A DNA stretch of 64,000 bases from contig CAXXLX010000001.1 in the NCBI GenBank assembly GCA_963665235.2, forward strand, positions 3,872,001-3,936,000, in the 5' to 3' direction. Positions 1 through 10,036 of the stretch are shown here, in pieces. Every line of letters begins with the position of its first letter. Positions within the stretch are counted from its first letter, which is position 1. The translations under genes and the position numbers were made by a program. The DNA is from Candidatus Poribacteria bacterium (GTDB lineage: Bacteria; Poribacteria; WGA-4E; WGA-3G). The notes under the pieces were generated by a model. That model saw nothing but the letters and a program-made list of their open reading frames with translations, made no database searches and was not told the DNA's origin.

Positions 1-104
1 ACTAAGCAATATGGCTAGGACTTACGCAGCAGGTGTTTATAACTGCAATATTTCGTGTAAGTGCTCCATAACACGAAAAACCCACAGAAAAGGAGAGAAA
101 ACTC

Positions 105-896
105 ATGTTTGATAAGATAATGTTGATTTTAACTTTCACGACCTGTGCCCTGTTTCTCGCTATCCCTGCGGTGAATGCCGAATTCCCCGAAGATGGCGTG
201 GTCGGCTACTGGCCGTTCGACGATGGCACGATTCAAAACAAAAACGTCAAAGACGTTTTAGGCAAAAATGATGGTGAACTTAATGGAAACCCCAAATCCG
301 TTGCTGGTAAAGTTGGAAAAGCACTTGAATTCAACGGTGACAATTTTGTCCATATCCCTGGCGACGATTCATTAAACTTCGTTGGTGCCGAAGCGATGAC
401 TGTTGCGGCTTGGGTAAATGCTGACAACGATCTGCCAGTGAAAGGTGTGCTTGCTAACTGTTGCGGGACCATCGTTGCTCAACGCGATATGAATAGCTGG
501 GCATTGCGATTTGATGGCAGAAATGGTGGAGCGGAAATGGAATTTATTGCCACCCCAGGCTGGCAGGGAGATGGCGGTTTTGGAGCCGCTGCCTTTCCCG
601 CAGGTCAATGGAACCACCTCGTCGGAATTATTGATAAAAACAAGCGGTTTCTCTATGTGAATGGCAAATTAGAAAAAGAGGCGGATTACAACGGGCCGAT
701 GGCTTCAAACGGTTCTGAAACGGAAATTGGTAACGCAAGCGATGGCGGCTTCATCGGGATTATCGACGAGGTCGTGATTTACAACAGAGCCCTCTCCGCC
801 AATGAGGTGAAACAACTATTTGCTGCTGAAGGGCTGCCAGTTCAACCACAAGGCAAACTTGCCACCCGATGGGGACAAATCAAATCCTCATTTTAA
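105..896 (+). CDS. Secreted LamG-like jellyroll (concanavalin A-like) domain protein with conserved C-terminal tail
   Basis: Signal peptide; YWPFDDG, GKVGKALEFNG, W-H-L-V-G, LYVNG and GIIDEVVIYNRAL LamG_3 motifs; ends LPVQPQGKLATRWGQIK; AGGAG RBS. Confidence 0.85.
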   Translation: MFDKIMLILTFTTCALFLAIPAVNAEFPEDGVVGYWPFDDGTIQNKNVKDVLGKNDGELNGNPKSVAGKVGKALEFNGDNFVHIPGDDSLNFVGAEAMTVAAWVNADNDLPVKGVLANCCGTIVAQRDMNSWALRFDGRNGGAEMEFIATPGWQGDGGFGAAAFPAGQWNHLVGIIDKNKRFLYVNGKLEKEADYNGPMASNGSETEIGNASDGGFIGIIDEVVIYNRALSANEVKQLFAAEGLPVQPQGKLATRWGQIKSSF

Positions 897-991
897 ATTG
901 GCGCTCCTTCTCAATAGGCGGATTGACGAATCTACCTATATTGCATGTAGTTCAAAGTATAGCGGGACCGTTTTCAAAAAGAGGAAAAATT

Positions 992-1789
992 ATGTTTTCA
1001 AAGGGACTTACGATATTCATACTCAGTATTGGCGCGCTGTGCGTTCTTATTTCTAACGCCGATGCCCAACTGCCTATAAATGGCGTTGTCGGTTACTGGT
1101 CTTTCGATGATGGCACGATTAATGGCAAAAACGTCGAAGACCTACTAGGCGACAACGACGGTGAACTAGAGGGAAATCCGAAAATTGTCCCTGGAAAGGT
1201 CGGAAAAGCACTTGAATTCAACGGCGATAATGCAGTGCGTATTGCGGGCACAGCCTCTTTAAACTTCAAAGGTGCAGAAGAAATGAGCGTCGCCGCTTGG
1301 GTCAAGCCCGCGAGTGATAAGCCCGTTAAAGGCGTAATTGCCAATACGTGTTGCGGCACAATTGTTGGACAACGTGATAGTGAGGGGTGGGTGTTAAGAT
1401 TTGATGGTAGAAATGTCGGTAAAGAGATGGTGCTGATAGTGCAACCGGGCTGGCAGGGACACAATACACTTGGCGTTCCCCCGTTTAACAAAGGGACATG
1501 GCATCACTTGGTAGGCGTTGTTGATAAAAACAGGTTGCTGCTCTATGTTGATGGGAAATTGGAAAGTGAGGTTGGATACAACGGACCGATGTCTACAAAA
1601 GGCACGGCAACCGAAATCGGCAACGCCAAAGCGGATGGCGGTTTTATCGGGATTATTGACGAAGTCCTGATTTACAACAAAGCTGTCACCGCTAACGAGG
1701 TTAAACAACTTTTTACGGCACAAGGACTGCTAGTTCACCCACAAGGCAAACTTGCCACCCGATGGGGACAAATCAAAGCGGCACGGTAG
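992..1789 (+). CDS. Secreted LamG-like domain protein, tandem paralog of 105..896
   Basis: ATG at 992 after GAGG RBS (in frame with ORF 869..1789); same motifs and same C-terminal tail as the upstream gene. Confidence 0.85.
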   Translation: MFSKGLTIFILSIGALCVLISNADAQLPINGVVGYWSFDDGTINGKNVEDLLGDNDGELEGNPKIVPGKVGKALEFNGDNAVRIAGTASLNFKGAEEMSVAAWVKPASDKPVKGVIANTCCGTIVGQRDSEGWVLRFDGRNVGKEMVLIVQPGWQGHNTLGVPPFNKGTWHHLVGVVDKNRLLLYVDGKLESEVGYNGPMSTKGTATEIGNAKADGGFIGIIDEVLIYNKAVTANEVKQLFTAQGLLVHPQGKLATRWGQIKAAR

Positions 1790-1899
1790 GTGACATTCTT
1801 ATGTAGGAACGAGCTGTGCACGCGATAGGCGGTACAATTGACTATGCGCGCTGTGCGTTTTAGCAAGCGCGCATAGCCAAAAAAGTTAAGTGGGTTGTG

Positions 1900-2135
1900 T
1901 TAATACCGTGCTTTAACAGTTTCCCACGGAGTTGCTATTTGTTTGCCGATTCAACATCAGAGAGTGTAGGGGCAAGCCCTTTGTTCTTCAGCGTCTCAAT
2001 ATCACGCTGCTCCAGGGCAACGTTGAAAATTGTAACCTCATCAATAATTGCATTTCCCAATCTACCGGCACAACAGCTATTCCTACCGATAAAAACGGGA
2101 AATGTCACAACACCGAATTTTTCGAGGAATATCAC
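1900..2135 (-). pseudogene. 3' remnant of a LamG-family gene, frameshifted in its C-terminal tail
   Basis: IIDEVTIFNVAL...GL...VESANK* continues after a one-base shift as IATPWETVKARY*, a degenerate copy of the tail motif; no 5' part visible. Confidence 0.6.
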
Positions 2136-2140
2136 AACCG

Positions 2141-3283
2141 ATGAAAATTACAGCGATTCAAACCTTCATGGCGAACTTCGGCAACCGACCCCGGGGGCTT
2201 ATCAAAGTTGAAACGGACGAAGGCATCCACGGCTGGGGAGAAGCCTACTCCACAGGTCCAGACCTTTCGGTCGAACCGATTGCCGACTATATTTTTCAGA
2301 TGATTCAAGGGGACGACCCCCGCCGGATTGAATACATCATGCTGAAACTGCACCAGCAGTTCCGATTTCCGCCCGGTGGTGCGGGGCTTGCCGTTATCTC
2401 CGCAATTGACCACGCGCTGTGGGACATCAGCGGGAAAGCAGCGGGGTTGCCGGTCTACATGCTGCTTGGCGGGCACGCTCGAGACCGCATTCGGATCTAT
2501 CGCGGCATCGGCGGGAGAGACGGCATAGAAGCTGCCGAGCAGGCGCACAAACTACATGAGGAGTGGGGATTCACCGCCTTCAAAACAAGTCCGTATCAGC
2601 TCAATCCGGATGCTGATAGGTGGGGAAGGGTCTGTGCTGCTGCCGCCACGTACTTTGAACAGCTCCGGTTGAATACCCCGGACGATTGGGAGTTTGCTTT
2701 TGACCCGCACGCGAAGATTTTTGAGCCGATTCGTGCACTTCAGCTTGCTAACGCCTTAGCACCATTCGATCCGTTTTTCTACGAGGAGCCGCTGCGTCCG
2801 GAACATATACCTGCATGGGCGCGCCTCCGTTCACAAATGGCAGTGCCTCTGGCGACAGGTGAATCGCTATATACTCGGTTTGAATTCCTTGACCTCATCG
2901 CAGCGCAGGGGGCAGACATCATTCAGCCGGATGTTTGCGTTTGCGGTGGGTTATTAGAGATGCGAAAAATCGCAGCGATTGCAGAAGCACATTACGTCAC
3001 TGTTGCTCCGCACAACCCGATGGGACCGCTGGCAACTGCTGTCAATGTTCACTTCGCCGCTGCAACCCCGAACTTCAAAATCCTTGAATATCTCCTGCCA
3101 ACCGAGAGTGCTTGGAATACCTGGGTAGACGAACCGTATATGCCCAAAGATGGCTATCTGGAGCTACGAAATCGCCCCGGTCTCGGTGTAGACATCAACG
3201 AAGCAGCTGTCACAGATAACGAATACGTTCATTGGCAACGAACATGTCCCATACGGCCCGATGGATCAACCGGTTATATTTAA
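2141..3283 (+). CDS. Mandelate racemase/muconate lactonizing family enzyme (galactonate dehydratase-like)
   Basis: ETDEGIHGWGE, SAIDHALWDI, EEP, ATGE, QPD and APHNP enolase-superfamily motifs. Confidence 0.85.
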   Translation: MKITAIQTFMANFGNRPRGLIKVETDEGIHGWGEAYSTGPDLSVEPIADYIFQMIQGDDPRRIEYIMLKLHQQFRFPPGGAGLAVISAIDHALWDISGKAAGLPVYMLLGGHARDRIRIYRGIGGRDGIEAAEQAHKLHEEWGFTAFKTSPYQLNPDADRWGRVCAAAATYFEQLRLNTPDDWEFAFDPHAKIFEPIRALQLANALAPFDPFFYEEPLRPEHIPAWARLRSQMAVPLATGESLYTRFEFLDLIAAQGADIIQPDVCVCGGLLEMRKIAAIAEAHYVTVAPHNPMGPLATAVNVHFAAATPNFKILEYLLPTESAWNTWVDEPYMPKDGYLELRNRPGLGVDINEAAVTDNEYVHWQRTCPIRPDGSTGYI

Positions 3284-3333
3284 AAACAAGCACGCGGGAA
3301 ACCGCGTAACTACAAACGGAGAATAGAAAATTT

Positions 3334-4386
3334 ATGGAACCTGTAAAAATAGGTGTAATTGGATGTGGTGTCATCGGAAGTAGACACCTCAGTACCGCGT
3401 CGAACGCAGAAAATATTGAGCTGGTCGCCGCAGCGGACCTAATAGAGGCGAACAGGACGCGAGCCGCTGAACGTTTCAATCCACCGAAGATGTATGATAA
3501 CGATATTGACCTGCTTGACGATGATGCAGTGGAGGCGGTTGTCCTAGCGTTTCCAACGCAATACCGGACTGAAGTCGCTCTGCGCGCCTTTGAACGTGGA
3601 AAGCACGTCCTAATAGAGAAACCGATTGCTATGAACGCCGGGGAGGTTGAACAGATGATTGCCGCCCGGGGCGAGCTGGTGTCAGGGTGTTGCTCCTCCA
3701 GAAACCGTTTTAACAAGGCGGCCCGACTTGTTACGCAGCTGATTACGTCAGGCGGTTTGGGGGAACTCCGTACCGTTTACTGTCGCGCGATTGGCGGTGC
3801 AGGAAAAGAACCGGGCAGCCCACGTCCTGCATGGCGGTTGACGAAAGCTCTCAACGGCGGCGGTATTCTTGTTAACTGGGGATGTTACGATATTGACTAC
3901 CTGCTCGGGATTACGGGATGGCAGCTCAAACCGACAACTGTGTTAGCACAAACGTGGACGGTGCCCCCCGTATTTGACTCGCATATCGCATCCGGCTCCG
4001 ATGCTGAGACACATTACTCCGCGCTTATCCAATGCGAAGGGGGCACCGCGATTAGCCTAGAGCGAGGCGAGTTTATGACACTACAAGCACAGTCCGACTG
4101 GCAAATTGTCGGTTCAAAGGGCTCTCTCAAACTTAGGATGGGCAATGGAAACCCAGACAGTGTTGTCCACAATCAGACGACAACGGCAGAGGGGGTCAGT
4201 TCTCAGACACTTGAGGATACCGGGGACACCGATGGACCGCATCACACGGATCCGTTAGTCGATTTTGCCGCTGCAATCCGTGAAAACCGACAACCGCTAA
4301 CCGGCTTGGAAGAGTCTTTTGTGGTTCAGAAGATAACGGATGCAATTTACGCCTCTGCCGAAACGGGCAGTGCTGTTGCACTATAG
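3334..4386 (+). CDS. Gfo/Idh/MocA family oxidoreductase
   Basis: IGVIGCGVIG Rossmann motif, GKHVLIEKP, GGG. Confidence 0.88.
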   Translation: MEPVKIGVIGCGVIGSRHLSTASNAENIELVAAADLIEANRTRAAERFNPPKMYDNDIDLLDDDAVEAVVLAFPTQYRTEVALRAFERGKHVLIEKPIAMNAGEVEQMIAARGELVSGCCSSRNRFNKAARLVTQLITSGGLGELRTVYCRAIGGAGKEPGSPRPAWRLTKALNGGGILVNWGCYDIDYLLGITGWQLKPTTVLAQTWTVPPVFDSHIASGSDAETHYSALIQCEGGTAISLERGEFMTLQAQSDWQIVGSKGSLKLRMGNGNPDSVVHNQTTTAEGVSSQTLEDTGDTDGPHHTDPLVDFAAAIRENRQPLTGLEESFVVQKITDAIYASAETGSAVAL

Positions 4387-4520
4387 GAGAATGGCTGGGT
4401 TCGTGGTAGGGAAACCATTCATGGTTTCCCTCGATTTACCGAACTATTTATGGTGTAGAGAGCCAGAATGAGGCACATCAAGCGGTCATGAGGCACGTTA
4501 GCGAATGTGTTGTTGTGTTT

Positions 4521-5225
4521 TCTATAAATATACCGCCCCGATGGGGCTAGATTGTCTGGCACTTGTGCTTCTATAAACATACCGCCCCGATGGGGCTAGA
4601 TTGTCTGGCACTTGTGCTTCTATAAACATACCGCCCCGATGGGGCTAGATTGTGTTGTGTTGTTGTGTTTTCTATAAATATACCGCCCCGATGGGGCTAG
4701 ATTGTGTTGTGTTGTTGTGTTTTCTATAAATATACCGCCCCGATGGGGCTAGATTGTGTTGTGTTGTTGTGTTTTCTATAAATATACCGCCCCGATGGGG
4801 CTAGATTGTGTTGTGTTGTGTTTTCTATAAATATACCGCCCCGATGGGGCTAGATTGTCCGGCACTTGTGCTTCTATAAACATACCGCCCCGATGGGGCT
4901 AGATTGTGTTGTGTTGTTGTGTTTTCTATAAATATACCGCCCCGATGGGGCTAGATTGTCTGGTTGTTGTGTTCACTATTAAAATGTCGCCCCGATACGC
5001 CTAGTCCCGTAGGGACGATATATTTATAGAAGCAGATGTTTCCCCAACCCCTAGTTGTTGACGATATATTTATAAATATGTTTCCCCGCCCCGATGGGGC
5101 TAGATTGTCTGGCGTTCACATTAAACCTGTCGCCCCGATACGCCTAGTCCCGTAGGGACGATATATTTATAGAAGCAGATGTTTCCACAACCCCTAGGCC
5201 CGTAGGGACGATATATTTATAGAGA
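4521..5225. repeat. Tandem array of REP-like hairpin units followed by inverted related units
   Basis: 9 units of TCTATAAA(T/C)ATACCGCCCCGATGGGGCTAGATTGT at 49-52 bp period (cores at 4533-4937), then inverted CCCGTAGGGACGATATATTTATAGA copies near 5005, 5149 and 5199. Confidence 0.85.
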
Positions 5226-5281
5226 AAATGTTTCGGCACATTTATTTTCAAACTCACGTTTAAGTACAAAAATTTTACACA

Positions 5282-5520
5282 CCCATTTCTAATTGAAAAT
5301 GTCTCTTTGTAGTAGCATAAACTTCCAGTTTGTGCATTTTTGTAGTAGCATAAATATTTTGTGCGTTTTATCGTAGCATAAACTTATAGTTTGTGCGTTT
5401 TATCGTAGCATAAACTTATAGTTTGTGCGTTTTATCGTAGCATAAACTTATAGTTTGGGTCTTCCGTTCTCCGTTTCATTTCTAACAACCGGTAATGATA
5501 GAATAATTAATAAAAATGGT
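5282..5520 (-). mobile_element. MITE-like element family A (copy 1) with about 5 internal GTAG-REP units
   Basis: Same ends as copies at 7521-8158 and 60507-60744 (ACCATTTTTATTAA...TTAGAAATGGT), in reverse orientation. Confidence 0.7.
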
Positions 5521-5763
5521 ATAATATGCGCTTTGACGCGCGTCAGAGTTCTCTTTCTCTTTCTCTTGCCAATTGCTATTGCCAAAGAGATTGTTACGCA
5601 TCGGACACTCCGCGTTCTCCGTGTTCTCCGTGTGTCATCCGCGATTCTGACAACACAAGCGAAATCCGCCCTTCCATTCTTCCACCCTTCCACCCTTCCC
5701 TCTATCATAATACAAAAACTTTACACACCCAAATGAAAGCACGCCTACAGCGGATAGATAAAC

Positions 5764-7392
5764 CTAAGGATGGGGTTCACCTGCTTTCGGTTTCTCCTTG
5801 GGCGCATTGGAATCCGCTCCGAAACGGATGTGCAGGGCAGCACCGGGGGCGTGCTCCTTTCCATAAAGGAGGTGTTTGATACCCCAGAAAGCCACGGTTG
5901 TCCCGACCATCACGACTATACCCCATATCGGTATTTTCCAGAGCCATTCAGTGAAGGAGAAAAGGGTACCTGTCTGTTTCGGTACTGCTTGGGCACCTAA
6001 GGTTACCAATACGGTGCAAATAATAGCGTTAAAGGTGATTACTCCCTCTGTCACCAACCGATGCGGACTGAATCTGACTAAGGCGCGTTCAAAATTGAAG
6101 ATGACTATCACCCACAAAAAGACAAGATATAGCAGTTGTCCCTTCCCCAACCAGCTCGCTGAAATAAACGGGATGGATCGACGGAGATTGCCCGCCAAAA
6201 TCGCGATAATTGCGATACCAAGGGCGATATAGAAGAGTTCAAACCAGCCGACCCACCCTCTGGAACGCCGAAACCAGCCGACCATGGGCAAACCGAAGAA
6301 ACGCTCAGGCAACGGTTCAACACATTCTACCCAAGTGTCCACCGCTTTCCGATAATTCAGATATGTCAAGGCGATAAGCACACTGAAAACAGCGAACATC
6401 TCTATCCAACGTGGGAAATCAGGGTCAAGTGCTAGCGGCGGTGCGCGCTTGATGAGCAAACCAAACGTTACAGCAATACCGAGCCCAAAAAGCAAACCCT
6501 GCATCTGTTCCATGACGCTGTGCCAGTTCGTTTGGAGCCCGGTTCGGATGCAGAGCAGCTTTAGCAATTGTCCAAGTGAGAAGGCGACACCTCCAGCAAA
6601 ACCTGTTAGCAGCGTAGCGAAGGCGACTCCGCCTAATTTGTAATGCCAGCAGTAGACTAATACACCGATGACCATGCCGACACACCCCGCCCAATTGTCG
6701 CCGCGAGGTGGAGTCATTCGGAGCCCGAAAACGTTAACCAGGAGCAGAAAAGCCGCGAACCATCCCACGCTCATGTATAGGATAAGTGAGGTGCCCATGT
6801 CTAAGCCGCCGCGGAAAAGGGCGACACCTATTGCTGCGGCCATGGCAACAAGCGCGGCTAACCAATCGGTATCATACCAATAGAGCGGACTTTCATGCCT
6901 TTGCATCCGTTTAGGCGCGAAAATGAAATCCACCAGGACTGCTTGTAGTGACCATCCAATAAAAACAACACACATCGGAGCAAAGAATAGCGGCAGCGCG
7001 GAAGACGTAGGCTGCTCCGCATTGAAACCTGTGAGAAAGGCGGGCAGTGCCGTACCAGCACCACCGAGTGCTGCCCACAAGAAACCGATGGCGAACAGGT
7101 TTGCGAACCCGTAAAATACCGTGGGGACGTGGGAGGAGTGCGTATAACCGACCACCTGCATGTAGGACATGCTTCCGCCGAACGACCAGCCAAGTGCACC
7201 GAACAGTGCAAAGTAATGAACATACCGCCACCAATCCTCACGCCCAGATAGCAACACGATTGCCATAGCAGCGAGTGCACCGGCGAGTGCAGCACCATAT
7301 TCATGTCCAAAGTTGCCGCGAATCCCCCATCCTACACAGAGCGACACGCCGCACAAGAGAATCATTTGCCAAGGGATAGCTGTTATTTCCAT
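5764..7392 (-). CDS. Polytopic membrane protein of unknown function
   Basis: Many hydrophobic segments; GWGIRGNFGHEYGA and GGSMSY motifs; ATG at 7392 after GGAGG. Confidence 0.75.
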   Translation of the reverse strand: MEITAIPWQMILLCGVSLCVGWGIRGNFGHEYGAALAGALAAMAIVLLSGREDWWRYVHYFALFGALGWSFGGSMSYMQVVGYTHSSHVPTVFYGFANLFAIGFLWAALGGAGTALPAFLTGFNAEQPTSSALPLFFAPMCVVFIGWSLQAVLVDFIFAPKRMQRHESPLYWYDTDWLAALVAMAAAIGVALFRGGLDMGTSLILYMSVGWFAAFLLLVNVFGLRMTPPRGDNWAGCVGMVIGVLVYCWHYKLGGVAFATLLTGFAGGVAFSLGQLLKLLCIRTGLQTNWHSVMEQMQGLLFGLGIAVTFGLLIKRAPPLALDPDFPRWIEMFAVFSVLIALTYLNYRKAVDTWVECVEPLPERFFGLPMVGWFRRSRGWVGWFELFYIALGIAIIAILAGNLRRSIPFISASWLGKGQLLYLVFLWVIVIFNFERALVRFSPHRLVTEGVITFNAIICTVLVTLGAQAVPKQTGTLFSFTEWLWKIPIWGIVVMVGTTVAFWGIKHLLYGKEHAPGAALHIRFGADSNAPKEKPKAGEPHP

Positions 7393-7520
7393 ATTGCCGA
7401 CCTCCAATACTCAGGTGAAGTGAACTTTAATATCACCTAGAGTATGCCACAAATTGCATAAAAAATCAACATAAAACAATTTCTGCAGCAGCTTATACGA
7501 GGATTACCGCGTTAACTTAT

Positions 7521-8158
7521 ACCATTTTTATTAATTATACCTAAGTTGCCACATAGTAGCATAATCTTCCCAGATTGTGCATATTTGTGTGCAAATTGGA
7601 AGTGAACGGGACAAATATTAGCTCATTATCAGCATATTTTCATTAAAGACGGTGTTTCCAGGTCTAAAAACTTATAAGTAGCAACTTGGGTTAATTATTC
7701 TATCATTACCGGTTGTTAGAAATGAAACGGAGAACGGAAGACCCAAACTAAAAGTTTATGCTACAAGAAAGAGGCACAAACTGGAAGTTTATGCTACAAG
7801 AAAGAGGCACAAACTGGAAGTTTATGCTACAAGAAAGAGGCACAAACTGGAAGTTTATGCTACAAGAAAGAGGCACAAACTGGAAGTTTATGCTACAAGA
7901 AAGAGGCACAAACTGGAAGTTTATGCTACAAGAAAGAGGCACAAACTGGAAGTTTATGCTACAAGAAAGAGGCACAAACTGGAAGTTTATGCTACAAGAA
8001 AGAGGCACAAACTAAAAGTTTATGCTACAAGAAAGAGGCACAAACTGGAAGTTTATGCTACAAGAAAGAGGCACAAACTGGAAGTTTATGCTACAAGAAA
8101 GAGGCACAAACTGGAAGTTTATGCTACAAGAAAGAGACATTTTTCAATTAGAAATGGT
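7521..8158 (+). mobile_element. MITE-like element family A (copy 2) containing 12 x 33-bp tandem REP units and a nested family B element
   Basis: Imperfect terminal inverted repeats ACCATTT...AAATGGT; unit GCACAAACTGGAAGTTTATGCTACAAGAAAGAG repeated 12 times (7745-8135). Confidence 0.75.
7539..7691 (+). mobile_element. MITE-like element family B (~153 bp) nested in family A
   Basis: Terminal inverted repeats ACCTAAGTTGC...GCAACTTGGGT; flanking TAATTAT duplication; near-identical copies at 16881 and 21584. Confidence 0.75.
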
Positions 8159-8293
8159 ATTACTAAGAAACCCGCCTGCAACAACGGCGCAGGCGAGCGG
8201 AGGCCCACGATTCAAATTATTTGCTTGTATTGTAAGAGGATTTTTGATATACTTTGACATTAATATCTATTTATGGTGTGAGGTAAAAGAAAA

Positions 8294-9343
8294 ATGGCAG
8301 AAAAAACATATCGTGTTGGTGTTATTGGGTGCGGCGGCATGGGACGTGCCCATGCACGGAGTTGGAAAGGTACCGGGCGTGCCGAAGTGGTCACCGCCTC
8401 GGATATCAATCCGGCCTCCGCCGCGAAATTCGCCGAAGAATTATCGCTTCCCACGCATTATACAGATTTTGGTGAGATGTGCGACAAAGAGGAGCTGGAC
8501 ATTGTCAGTATTACTACTTGGCAGAGCGTCCGGGCGGAGCCGACTATCGCCGCAGCCGAAAGTGGCGTGTTAGGGGTTATCACCGAAAAACCGATGGCAG
8601 CTTCAGTCGGCGATGCGCGTGCTATGATGGACGCTTGTGAAAAAAGCGGGACCAAATTGGTAGTTGGACATCAACGACGTTTCACTCCGCAAAACTGTGA
8701 AGCACGTAGGCTTATCCAGGAGGGTGCGATTGGAAAACCGCAAGCCATGCTCCGCCGGGATGGACACGGATTGCTGAACCGCGGCACTCACGAAATTGAC
8801 GAAATGCGTTATATCCTCGGTGACCCTGATCCGTTGTGGCTTATCGCGCAGGTCGCCCGGAAAACCGACCGCTGGGAACGCCGCGTCAGATGTGAAGACC
8901 TATGTATGGCGGAACTCTGCTTTGAGGGGGGCATCCGCGGCATTTATGAAAGCGATTTACCGGGGCCAGGCCTCCGAGGCGATGCTGTCTACGGGGACGA
9001 TGGACAACTCCGCCGGGGCGGCGATGGCACAATTGAACTGCTCAACAGCAAAACCGCTGGCTGGCAACAGATAAAACCTCGCCAAGGCGAACCGAATCAG
9101 TACAACGAAATGCTGGCTTGGCTCGAAGGTGATATTGAGGAACATAGAAATGCAGGCAGACATGGGCTCTGCACAATCGAAATCCTGATGGCATTTTACG
9201 AATCGTTACGTATTCAGGATGTCGTCACCTTTCCGCTAACAACGGAGCCGAACCCACTTGACCTCCTCGTAGAGGGTGGAAAGCTGCCGGTTTTCGTCGA
9301 GGGCCGTTATGACATTCGGGCACCGTTTCCCGAACAGAAGTAG
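8294..9343 (+). CDS. Gfo/Idh/MocA family oxidoreductase
   Basis: VGVIGCGGMG, EKPMA, GHQRRF. Confidence 0.88.
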   Translation: MAEKTYRVGVIGCGGMGRAHARSWKGTGRAEVVTASDINPASAAKFAEELSLPTHYTDFGEMCDKEELDIVSITTWQSVRAEPTIAAAESGVLGVITEKPMAASVGDARAMMDACEKSGTKLVVGHQRRFTPQNCEARRLIQEGAIGKPQAMLRRDGHGLLNRGTHEIDEMRYILGDPDPLWLIAQVARKTDRWERRVRCEDLCMAELCFEGGIRGIYESDLPGPGLRGDAVYGDDGQLRRGGDGTIELLNSKTAGWQQIKPRQGEPNQYNEMLAWLEGDIEEHRNAGRHGLCTIEILMAFYESLRIQDVVTFPLTTEPNPLDLLVEGGKLPVFVEGRYDIRAPFPEQK

Positions 9344-9411
9344 GAATAACACCTAGTGTCCTTGTAGGGCGGAGCAGTGCTCCGCCCGCTTTTTTTGGAA
9401 TTACCCTTACT

Positions 9412-10032
9412 TCATCGGAACCACCAGGGTCTAGCTTTAGTCCGCCGAGCACGTTGGTATTCCTCGTGTGCATCGGTTGCCTCCGAAATCGTTTCTACGA
9501 GTAGTCGGGTAACATTAAGTACCCCGTATATCCTATTCATCAAGGAACGAGCCTCTGTTTTTTCCTCATTGAAACGTTGGAATTCTTCGGTCAGTGCTTT
9601 CATCTCTTCGTTCAACGCTATAAGTGATTCATCCAACTTCAAGTTCACCACAATATTTGTTTCAATTACCGATTTGGGAAGTGCGTTCTTTTCGTTGAGA
9701 CTTCGAAGCTCCTCAATACGCAATTGGACTCCCTCGCTTGCCTTGGTGAGAGCAACACTTGCCTCAGTGCCCGTTTCAGTGTGCGGCTTGAAGTTCGTCT
9801 CCGTATCCCATTCTATTTCGCTCCATGTTTCAATCGCCGCGATTATCTTTTCGGAAGCTTTAAGTGACAATTTAAGGTGCGATACGCCAACAGATTTTTG
9901 TTGTTCCTCTTTAATCTTTTGTCGTTTTTCGTTAATCTGTTTGATAAGTTTAGGCGTATAGATGCCGACAATTATCACCACGCATAAAGAGAGAACTACT
10001 GCTCCAGCAATTTTTAACGTTCTACCATTCAT
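9412..10032 (-). CDS. Hypothetical membrane-anchored coiled-coil protein
   Basis: N-terminal hydrophobic helix, E/K-rich helical body, ends RPWWFR; start uncertain (10032 or 10065). Confidence 0.6.
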   Translation of the reverse strand: MNGRTLKIAGAVVLSLCVVIIVGIYTPKLIKQINEKRQKIKEEQQKSVGVSHLKLSLKASEKIIAAIETWSEIEWDTETNFKPHTETGTEASVALTKASEGVQLRIEELRSLNEKNALPKSVIETNIVVNLKLDESLIALNEEMKALTEEFQRFNEEKTEARSLMNRIYGVLNVTRLLVETISEATDAHEEYQRARRTKARPWWFR

Positions 10033-10036
10033 GTCC

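Noticed and set aside
4521-4960. Possible CRISPR array
   Set aside because: Linkers are only 14-17 bp, low complexity and repeated; the unit is dispersed elsewhere in both orientations
7745-8135. Possible CRISPR array
   Set aside because: Units are essentially identical with no unique spacers
7748-8573. ORFs of repeated MLQERGTNWKF / VPLSCSINFQF peptides
   Set aside because: By-product of a 33-bp DNA repeat; the sister copy at 60563 has a 32-bp period, so frame is not conserved
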